Assembly (NCBI GenBank): GCA_964401865.1
Contig: CAYNZZ010000008.1
Location: 30,001-62,000, forward strand
Source: an uncultured Erysipelotrichaceae bacterium
GTDB lineage: Bacteria > Bacillota_I > Bacilli_A > Erysipelotrichales > Erysipelotrichaceae
DNA: 32,000 bases
Direction of reading: 5' to 3'
The notes below the pieces were generated by a model. The model did no database searches. It saw nothing but the letters and a program-made list of their open reading frames with translations, and was not told where the DNA came from. Positions 1 to 6,714 of this stretch are shown here, in pieces (the stretch's first letter is position 1; each line of letters starts with the position of its first letter). The position numbers and the translations under genes were made by a program.

Positions 1-2
1 AA

Positions 3-191
3 AGACAGAAAATCGCTTCAAAGCTATGTCAGGCTCTAGAACTTTCTACAAAAAGTAAAAAGATAACTACTCACTCTTCCATAACCGCTAAACCATTTTT
101 TGAAAAAAGAGGTTATATTAACATCCAGGAACAGGCAGTTATAAAAAATCAAGTCCCTATGACAAATTACATTATGGAGAAAGACAGATAA
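3..191 (+). CDS. GNAT-family N-acetyltransferase, C-terminal fragment (5' end outside window)
   Basis: Frame is open from the window edge to TAA at 189-191. Translation is RQKIASKLCQALELSTKSKKITTHSSITAKPFFEKRGYINIQEQAVIKNQVPMTNYIMEKDR. The AKPFFEKRGY motif is typical of the C-terminal part of GNAT acetyltransferases. Confidence 0.5.
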   Translation, partial: RQKIASKLCQALELSTKSKKITTHSSITAKPFFEKRGYINIQEQAVIKNQVPMTNYIMEKDR

Positions 192-284
192 ATATTTAAT
201 TGCTACTAAAAATCAGCTGAAACAGTATTGATATAGATAGTAAAATTAAAAAGTGATTTTTTTGAAAAATATTTAAAAAAGTTA

Positions 285-313
285 TTGACGGTTTGACACT
301 ATTTTGATATTAT
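285..313 (+). promoter_or_regulatory. Sigma-A type promoter of the tRNA-Ile/tRNA-Ala operon
   Basis: TTGACG (285-290), 17 nt spacer, TATTAT (308-313) preceded by TGa (extended -10). An A/T-rich UP-like tract lies upstream. It sits about 30 nt before the tRNA-Ile 5' end. Confidence 0.6.
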
Positions 314-342
314 AAATAAGCACTTGATAGTTCAAGTAAGAC

Positions 343-419
<77 letters not shown>

Positions 420-445
420 TTTGAATTATTAAGTTGAATATATAT

Positions 446-521
446 GGGGCATTAGCTCAGCTGGGAGAGCGCCTGCTTTGCACGCAGGAGGTCAGCGGTT
501 CGATCCCGCTATGCTCCACCA
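446..521 (+). tRNA. tRNA-Ala (anticodon UGC), CCA encoded
   Basis: Acceptor GGGGCAT/ATGCTCC with the G3:U70 alanine identity pair. Anticodon stem CCTGC/GCAGG with loop TTTGCAC. T arm AGCGG-TTCGATC-CCGCT, 3' ACCA. Confidence 0.95.
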
Positions 522-532
522 TATTACACATT

Positions 533-556
533 AAGCCTTTAAATAAAGGCTTTTTT
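533..556 (+). terminator. Rho-independent terminator of the tRNA operon
   Basis: AAGCCTTT-aaat-AAAGGCTT followed by TTTT. Confidence 0.8.
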
Positions 557-820
557 AATGCTTTTATTAACTATGGGAAAGATTTTGGAAAGAATTTTAT
601 AAATTATCATATCAATAATGTGAAAGAGCATTGAATGTTACAATGATCAATACTAATACTAGTGACAAAAACTATTTGGTTTAAAATTTTAAAATTAAAA
701 ATGCCAATCTATAAAGGTTGACATTCATTATATGAGTTTATATTTTCTATGTTGATACAACCAATTTATCATTATAAATCTTCTATATAATTAATTTCAG
801 TAAATCAAATTGCTACTGCT

Positions 821-1843
821 TTATTTTACATCAATATCAATTATATTTGCATCCGAAACATAGTTTGGATTGCTTAATTGCGTGTCTTTCAAAGACTCTT
901 TTAATCGATCGCAACAAGGTTTAAATGTAGCATAAGTAATCGCTCCACCTGCAACTCCGCCAACAACTGGAATAGCTTTCTTAAAGAATCCTGCAAATAT
1001 TTCTTTTGTCATTCTTACGCCAAACCACTTAGCAGTACTTTTAACTATTGGATAAATTGTGCCCTTGGTTAAAGCTTGTTTCATCAGCTGTTTTGAAACA
1101 CCATTGCCCAATGCTTTAGCGACCGATTTAATTGCGTTGCTTGCTCCTGCAACACCATACATAGCCCCCAAACATAATGTTAGTATATTTAATGTTTCGG
1201 TATCGAATTGCGATTTATTTTCTATTACATCAATTTCTGGGAAACCATATAAATACAATATTTTTTGTGCAGCTCTTAACATATATCCATAGTATTGAAC
1301 TATATCAGCAGGAATTGTCGCTGCCATAGCAACACCGCCTGGAGCACCTAATGCAGCAGATATGCCTGAAACACAGTTTCTTTCAAATTGAATGACACTA
1401 TCCGCATATTTTTCGATTTTATCAGGCGTAATACCAGCATAAGCAGGATTATGAGCAATTATTATATCGATTACATCTTGAGGATAATCCTTCTTAAATT
1501 CACTTCTTAAAAATTCATACCTCGATATACGAATGCCTGGCGTTCTCAAACCAAGGATGATAATATCCTCAATATCAACCGTGCCATCACCATTGACATC
1601 TAAAGTGTCTCTTACTTTTTCAACTGACTTGTCTGTTACTTTTTTGATTGTAGGAATTGCCTTTTCATTAGCGAAGTCTTTCGTATCTCGGATCAGCTCA
1701 GACGTTTTTTCAAATGTATTAAATGCTGTTTCTTTGGCTATTGGAATCGCTTTTTCTTCGGTAAATTTCTTAGCGTCTCCAAGTGCTTTTTTAGATAATT
1801 TACTCAAATTATTTTTTAACTCTTTAAAATCACTATTTTTCAT
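821..1843 (-). CDS. EcsC-family protein with an N-terminal tandem repeat and an EF-hand-like calcium-binding loop
   Basis: 340 aa ORF. The C-terminal 200 aa (GAPGGVAMAATIPADIVQYYGYMLRAAQKILYLYGF ... AIPVVGGVAGGAITYATF) match my recollection of the EcsC (PF12787) glycine-rich pattern. Residues 82-93, DVNGDGTVDIED, fit the DxNxDGxxDxxD/E loop. Confidence 0.6.
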   Translation of the reverse strand: MKNSDFKELKNNLSKLSKKALGDAKKFTEEKAIPIAKETAFNTFEKTSELIRDTKDFANEKAIPTIKKVTDKSVEKVRDTLDVNGDGTVDIEDIIILGLRTPGIRISRYEFLRSEFKKDYPQDVIDIIIAHNPAYAGITPDKIEKYADSVIQFERNCVSGISAALGAPGGVAMAATIPADIVQYYGYMLRAAQKILYLYGFPEIDVIENKSQFDTETLNILTLCLGAMYGVAGASNAIKSVAKALGNGVSKQLMKQALTKGTIYPIVKSTAKWFGVRMTKEIFAGFFKKAIPVVGGVAGGAITYATFKPCCDRLKESLKDTQLSNPNYVSDANIIDIDVK

Positions 1844-1851
1844 ATTTTATA

Positions 1852-1861
1852 CCCCCCCCCC
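1852..1861 (-). repeat. Homopolymeric G10 (C10 on the plus strand) in the 5' region of the EcsC-like gene
   Basis: Direct reading on the minus strand: TAAAAT-aatac-GGGGGGGGGG-tataaaat-ATG(1843). Confidence 0.95.
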
Positions 1862-1866
1862 GTATT

Positions 1867-1895
1867 ATTTTAAATCAAATAACACTTTTGCACAA
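1867..1895 (-). promoter_or_regulatory. Candidate promoter of the EcsC-like gene
   Basis: Minus-strand TTGTGC (1895-1890), 17 nt spacer, TAAAAT (1872-1867). The predicted transcription start falls inside the G10 tract. Confidence 0.4.
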
Positions 1896-1973
1896 ACATG
1901 ATGTGTTAATTTTTGTTTTGCCAATGCATAACGAAAGATTCGTCATCGATCCAGCACCATTTATGGACATTTT

Positions 1974-2822
1974 TTATTTATTCTTTTGATAGTAATTATA
2001 TAATTCGTTTTTTGAAATATTTTTATCTTTAGCTATTTGATTAATAGCTTCTTTGGCCTTGATGCCTCGGCCAATCTCTTCTTTTATCAAAAATACAAGT
2101 TGATCTAAATCAACTTCAACTTCGTCTTTTCTTTTTCCTTCTATCAATAAAACTATTTCACCTTTTAAATCATCAATCTCACTCAACGAAGATAAATTTC
2201 CTCTGATTATTTCTTCATGAAGTTTAGATAACTCTCTCGCAATGACCGCTTTTCTATCACCCAACACATCAAATGCTACTTTAAGTGTTTTATTTATTCT
2301 GTGCGGTGCTTCATAGAAAATTAAAGTGTACGGAAAATCACTTAAGGTTTGTAATTCTTTCTGCATTACACTCAATTTGGCATTTAAAAAGCCATAGAAC
2401 AGATAATGTTTGGTATCTAAGCCAGAAACAACCAGTGCATTTAAAGCCGCATTAGGACCATTTATGGCAATTACAGGAATATCGTTGTCAATAGCGACAT
2501 TCACTACATTATATCCAGGATCTGATATCAAAGGATAACCAGCATCAGAAATAATTGCCACGCTTTTGCCATTCTTGATTATTTCAATTATGCCCTTAGT
2601 CGAATCTTCTTCGTTAAAATTGTGATAACTAATCAATTTGGCATGTATATCAAAGTGTTTCAATAGTTTTATGCTATTACGCGTATCCTCGCAAGCTATG
2701 TATTCGACATTAGAAAGTGTATCTATCGCCCTGGCAGAAAACTCCGATAAGTTTCCTATCGGAGTTGCAACTAAATATAATGATGGAACATTTTCATCAA
2801 TATAACTATTCTGTCTTTTCAT
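1974..2822 (-). CDS. rsmI: 16S rRNA (cytidine1402-2'-O)-methyltransferase
   Basis: 282 aa. LYLVATPIGNLSEFSARAIDTLSNVEYIACEDTR is the RsmI/tetrapyrrole-methylase-like N-terminus. Conserved position after yaaT/ricT. Confidence 0.9.
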   Translation of the reverse strand: MKRQNSYIDENVPSLYLVATPIGNLSEFSARAIDTLSNVEYIACEDTRNSIKLLKHFDIHAKLISYHNFNEEDSTKGIIEIIKNGKSVAIISDAGYPLISDPGYNVVNVAIDNDIPVIAINGPNAALNALVVSGLDTKHYLFYGFLNAKLSVMQKELQTLSDFPYTLIFYEAPHRINKTLKVAFDVLGDRKAVIARELSKLHEEIIRGNLSSLSEIDDLKGEIVLLIEGKRKDEVEVDLDQLVFLIKEEIGRGIKAKEAINQIAKDKNISKNELYNYYQKNK

Positions 2823-3663
2823 TTTCCTTGTTCTTTGGTTTTTCAGTCTTCTTAAATTTTCCGTTCTTCATCAATTCATCCAACGAGATATAAAGAGCTT
2901 TTTCTTTATTCTCTAACTTACAATTTCTGGCTATAACATTCATACTAGTGATACGATACAGTTCATCTTCGTATTCAACCTGTGAATTCATTTTTGGCAA
3001 GTCTTTACGAAGTTCTTTATACGCTTCATCTTCGTATTTTAAACAACACATCAAACTTCCGCAATGACCTGATAATTTAGACACGTTTAGTGCCAATAAC
3101 TGATTTTTAGCCATATTGATAGAAATACGATCAAATTCAGTAATAAATTTAGAACAGCACAATTCTCTTCCACATACACCGATACCACTAACCATCTTAG
3201 ATTTATCTCTAGCTCCAATCTGCCTTAAATCAATACGACAATGAAAAATAGAAGCCAACACCTTTAACAATTCCCTGAAATCTACTCTATCATCAGCCAA
3301 ATATGTAAAAGTAACTTTAAAGCGATCCAGAGTATATTCAGCAGATATAACATTCATATCTAGACCTAGTTTATCAGACTCTTTTTGACATATAACCATT
3401 GCTTTTTTTGCATCTATCTTATTATTATTGTACTGTTCAATTTCTTCTTTACTGGCACGATGCAATACAGGTTTCACTTCAATGTTGGCATCTAAGCCAG
3501 AATCATCACGTAATTCAGTGGTAACTTCGCCTAACTCCAAACCTCTCTGCGTTTCGACAATGACTAAATCACCGATTTTTAAAGTATTATCTTCGGTCTT
3601 AAATGTATATGATTTATTAGTCAATTCAAAACGGATTGACACATAATATGTTTTCTCTTCCAT
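2806..3663 (-). CDS. ricT: PSP1-domain protein RicT/YaaT
   Basis: 285 aa. Cys cluster GVCGRELCCSKF...GHCGSLMCCLKYE is typical of YaaT/PSP1. Conserved position after holB. Confidence 0.85.
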   Translation of the reverse strand: MEEKTYYVSIRFELTNKSYTFKTEDNTLKIGDLVIVETQRGLELGEVTTELRDDSGLDANIEVKPVLHRASKEEIEQYNNNKIDAKKAMVICQKESDKLGLDMNVISAEYTLDRFKVTFTYLADDRVDFRELLKVLASIFHCRIDLRQIGARDKSKMVSGIGVCGRELCCSKFITEFDRISINMAKNQLLALNVSKLSGHCGSLMCCLKYEDEAYKELRKDLPKMNSQVEYEDELYRITSMNVIARNCKLENKEKALYISLDELMKNGKFKKTEKPKNKENEKTE

Positions 3664-4643
3664 TATTGTTTTCTCCTTTTATATGATACAATCTCGTAAG
3701 CTAGTCGATCAAATAACAGCTTACGGTCGGCCATAGTTAAACTTCTGTCTTTAATATCGTAAAAAATTTCCAGGTAGCTATCAACATCTTGATAATCGAT
3801 TTCATTCAATAAATTTTGATACCAACTGTCATCAATGGCTTTCTTTCTTGCCTTGTCGGTAAAAATCTTAATCATAATGTCTAAATAATAATCCTGACTA
3901 GCCTTAAATATATCGGTTTCCGATTTCTTTAAAGCTCCATACCATTCACTATTAAATATAAATTCAAGCGCGAATGGCTTGTTTAAATTATCAATAGTTT
4001 TTTCAACAAATTCTTTAGCTAAAAGATAAGCCTTATCATTTAATTCGATATCAATTTTCTTTTGAAATATTTTAGTCAATAGGTAAGCATCAATATTCTC
4101 AAAGCCATCTTTCAAATAAGCATCACAAACATATTTTTCATTGACACGATGAAAACTTAACGACTCACATCTCGACACAATCGTTGATGGAATTTTATCT
4201 ACATTGTCAGAAATAAAAATCCAGTAAGAATTGCTATTGGGTTCTTCTATTGATTTCAAAATCATATTCCAAACCTTAGGATTGCCATTTTCAATTTTAT
4301 CAATGATAAAAACTTTTTTAGCACTTTTCTCTAAAGAGGTCTTGTGAAACTCATCAAAAATCTTTTCGATATCATCTTTGCTAATATTTTTGATATTACC
4401 ATCAATATAAATGACATCATAGTACTTGCCATCCTTAATACGTTTACATCTTTCACATTCTTCGCAAGCCAGATCATTTGAGTTTTCGATGATGCTTTGA
4501 GCAATTAGAATGGCTGTTTCTTTTTTTAAAGGATTTCTTTCTCCCTTTAGTAAGTAAGCTTGAGAAACTTTACCAAACAAAAAAGATCTTTTTAATATTT
4601 GATATATTACAGCTTCACTAGCTTTTAAATCATCTTTAATCAT
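3663..4643 (-). CDS. holB: DNA polymerase III subunit delta'
   Basis: 326 aa. Has the Zn module CEECERCKRI and SRC motif (TIVSRCESLSF). 4-nt ATGA overlap with tmk. Conserved tmk-holB order. Confidence 0.85.
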   Translation of the reverse strand: MIKDDLKASEAVIYQILKRSFLFGKVSQAYLLKGERNPLKKETAILIAQSIIENSNDLACEECERCKRIKDGKYYDVIYIDGNIKNISKDDIEKIFDEFHKTSLEKSAKKVFIIDKIENGNPKVWNMILKSIEEPNSNSYWIFISDNVDKIPSTIVSRCESLSFHRVNEKYVCDAYLKDGFENIDAYLLTKIFQKKIDIELNDKAYLLAKEFVEKTIDNLNKPFALEFIFNSEWYGALKKSETDIFKASQDYYLDIMIKIFTDKARKKAIDDSWYQNLLNEIDYQDVDSYLEIFYDIKDRSLTMADRKLLFDRLAYEIVSYKRRKQ

Positions 4644-5263
4644 TTAATTACCTTCAAGATAATATCCATACAGTCATTGACTACTTCATCTAAACTCTTA
4701 GATGCATCAACAATCACTATTCTTTCTTTAAAACGTTTTAATACTTCTTTATAACCTTCATTGACTAAATGATGGAATTCCAGCGTTTCCATATCTAAGC
4801 GGTCTTTATTCAAACGATTATCAATTCTTTTTAAGCCTGTCTTTTCGTCAACATCAAGATAAATAGTTAAATCCGGAAAGTAACCATCAATCGCAAATGA
4901 GTTGATACTATAAATCTCATCAAAGCCAATCTTTCTGCCATATCCTTGATAGGCCAAAGAGGAATCGATAAATCTTTCACATAAAACAATTTTCTTGTCC
5001 TTCAAAGATGGAATCACTCTTTCTACTAAGTGCTGGCGTCTGCTTGCTGCATATAGCAACGCCTCGGTTTTAGCGTCCATATTTGTATTTTTAGGATCAA
5101 GTATTATTCCTCTTATCTGTTCAGCAATATCTATACCACCCGGTTCCCTGGTGTGAACACAAGAAAAACCTAAACTGCTAAGTTTATCATATACAAGACT
5201 GGTAACACTTGTCTTACCTGAACCGTCAGGTCCTTCAAAAGTAATGAAATATCCCTTATTCAT
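4640..5263 (-). CDS. tmk: Thymidylate kinase
   Basis: 207 aa. P-loop FITFEGPDGSGKTS and the TREPGG motif. Confidence 0.95.
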   Translation of the reverse strand: MNKGYFITFEGPDGSGKTSVTSLVYDKLSSLGFSCVHTREPGGIDIAEQIRGIILDPKNTNMDAKTEALLYAASRRQHLVERVIPSLKDKKIVLCERFIDSSLAYQGYGRKIGFDEIYSINSFAIDGYFPDLTIYLDVDEKTGLKRIDNRLNKDRLDMETLEFHHLVNEGYKEVLKRFKERIVIVDASKSLDEVVNDCMDIILKVIK

Positions 5264-5264
5264 T

Positions 5265-5579
5265 TTAATTAAGTTTTTCTAATTTAGGTTTAAATGTTTT
5301 ATCTAATGCTTCTAGTAACTGTTTTTTAATGTTTTCATATTCTTCATAGCTTACTTCAATATTGTCGTCATTAACAATTCTAATTTCTGTTTGACCATAT
5401 TTAAATGGATTGATTTGTCGATCAAGCTCCATAAGTTCCTGAAATAAACAATAATCATTTATACTGATGATAGCATATTTTTCTTCTTTGCCCTCACTTA
5501 AAATAACTGCATCGCCATCTTCAATATCATTCAACATTTCATCTAGTTCATTAATATTTTCTAAATCTATTTTTTTCAT
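5265..5579 (-). CDS. Small acidic protein with a Phd/YefM-antitoxin-like N-terminal domain (function unknown)
   Basis: The ORF track gives 5265..5600. I prefer ATG 5579 (MKKIDLENINELDEMLNDIEDGDAVILSEGKEEKYAIISINDYCLFQEL) because TGGTATAAT lies 6 nt upstream of it. By hand alignment the pattern resembles E. coli YefM (..[34 protein letters not shown]). Stop and tmk start read TAAAATG. Confidence 0.4.
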   Translation of the reverse strand: MKKIDLENINELDEMLNDIEDGDAVILSEGKEEKYAIISINDYCLFQELMELDRQINPFKYGQTEIRIVNDDNIEVSYEEYENIKKQLLEALDKTFKPKLEKLN

Positions 5580-5585
5580 AAAATT

Positions 5586-5594
5586 ATTATACCA
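5586..5594 (-). promoter_or_regulatory. Extended -10 promoter (TGGTATAAT) in leaderless geometry for the small ORF-tmk-holB-ricT-rsmI operon
   Basis: Minus strand reads aaTGGTATAAT-aatttt-ATG(5579). The A of the ATG is 7 nt after the -10 hexamer. Confidence 0.45.
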
Positions 5595-5624
5595 TTTCAT
5601 CTACACTCTTTATAAGGTGTTTCA

Positions 5625-6137
5625 CTATACTTTTAAGTTAGTAATAAATCTTTCCATCGGTTTAAAAATCAATAATCCAATTACCACTACCGCAATAAAC
5701 TCACCAATAGCTACTTCAAGCCCATTGATCAATAGTCCTAACATAAAGTTATCCGGCATAATTACATAGCTTAACATTGCTCCGACTATCAAACCATTAA
5801 AAATAACCGGCATCATTAAAGACAAAATTGGGCGATCAAATATTTTTACATCTTTATACTTATAAGCAAAGTACAAAGATAAAAATGAAGCTAATGTTCC
5901 AAACACCACATCCAACATACCTATAATATCGCTGCCCATTAAAACTCCTAAGAAATTGGTAACAAGGCAAGCAAATGTCAAAGGCCAAATCATATCTTTA
6001 CGATAAAGCACAAACAGTATTAATACTTCAGATATTCTTACTTGTATTGGTCCAAAACTAAGACTTGATAAAGCTAAAGTTAAAGCTACATAAGTGGCAG
6101 CTATTATTGAATATAACGATATTTTTCTAATTGACAT
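5625..6137 (-). CDS. queT: QueT-family queuosine-precursor transporter (ECF S-component type)
   Basis: 170 aa with about 5 TM segments. N-terminus IAATYVALTLALSSLSFGPIQVRISEVL matches the QueT (COG4708) pattern as I recall it. AAGGAGG lies 5 nt upstream of the ATG. Confidence 0.65.
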   Translation of the reverse strand: MSIRKISLYSIIAATYVALTLALSSLSFGPIQVRISEVLILFVLYRKDMIWPLTFACLVTNFLGVLMGSDIIGMLDVVFGTLASFLSLYFAYKYKDVKIFDRPILSLMMPVIFNGLIVGAMLSYVIMPDNFMLGLLINGLEVAIGEFIAVVVIGLLIFKPMERFITNLKV

Positions 6138-6146
6138 AAATCCTCC

Positions 6147-6172
6147 TTAAAAAAAGAAGTACAACTTCTTTT
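6147..6172 (-). terminator. Weak intrinsic terminator/attenuator hairpin between nudF and queT
   Basis: Minus strand AAAGAAGT-tgt-ACTTCTTT followed by TTTTT, running directly into the queT SD (TTAAGGAGG). Confidence 0.55.
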
Positions 6173-6698
6173 ACTTTATTCCATCCAAATCCATCGCTAG
6201 CACTAATGCAATAGTCTTGGCATCGTGAATTATACCATTTTTTATCATGGTTTTTATCTCATCTAGTGAATATTTTTCTGATTCCATCCTTTCGTCTTCA
6301 TCAAGGTTTTTGCCCACATATTCACCTTTTTTAGCATAATAGAGATATATTTTTTCATTGCTATATCCACACGTTGGAACGATATAACCAAATGATTTTA
6401 AATCTTTGCACTTATAGCCAAGTTCCTCATGGCACTCTCTAATAATTGCTTCAGTCGGATCTTCGTCTTTTTCAAGCTTACCAGCACAAAATTCCAACAT
6501 CTCTTCTGATACGGAATAGCGATACTGTCTGACCATAAAAAACTTACCATCATCATCTTGCAAAGCTATACATGCACCACCACGATGCAAAACCACTTCT
6601 CTTTTAGAAGTTGTGTGGTCATCGATTAAAATATCATCAACAACCACATGAATAACTTTGCCATCATATATTTCTCGTCGCTTTATCTGTTTTTCCAT
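6171..6698 (-). CDS. nudF: NUDIX hydrolase, ADP-ribose pyrophosphatase type
   Basis: 175 aa. Nudix box GKLEKDEDPTEAIIRECHEELGY. Overall NudF/YqkG-like layout (QYRY...LEFCAG). Confidence 0.8.
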   Translation of the reverse strand: MEKQIKRREIYDGKVIHVVVDDILIDDHTTSKREVVLHRGGACIALQDDDGKFFMVRQYRYSVSEEMLEFCAGKLEKDEDPTEAIIRECHEELGYKCKDLKSFGYIVPTCGYSNEKIYLYYAKKGEYVGKNLDEDERMESEKYSLDEIKTMIKNGIIHDAKTIALVLAMDLDGIK

Positions 6699-6714
6699 CT
6701 TTTGCCTCTTTCTC

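Noticed and set aside
434-634. 66 aa plus-strand ORF from the track
   Set aside because: It is translated straight through tRNA-Ala (446-521) and its terminator. It has no RBS and is an artefact of the tRNA sequence.
718-752. Plus-strand promoter-like TTGACA-17-TATTTT in the 280-bp AT-rich gap between the tRNA terminator and the 3' end of the EcsC-like gene
   Set aside because: Nothing lies downstream except the antisense of a convergent gene and a 13-codon ORF. In DNA this AT-rich such matches arise by chance, and I cannot support an sRNA or antisense transcript from sequence alone.
6138-6175. Canonical preQ1-I riboswitch in front of queT
   Set aside because: The only hairpin next to the SD has a 3-nt loop and a U-rich rather than A-rich 3' tail. 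That is incompatible with the preQ1-I aptamer as I recall it (5-bp P1, loop of about 10 nt, AAAAAACUA tail). I kept it only as a generic attenuator hypothesis.
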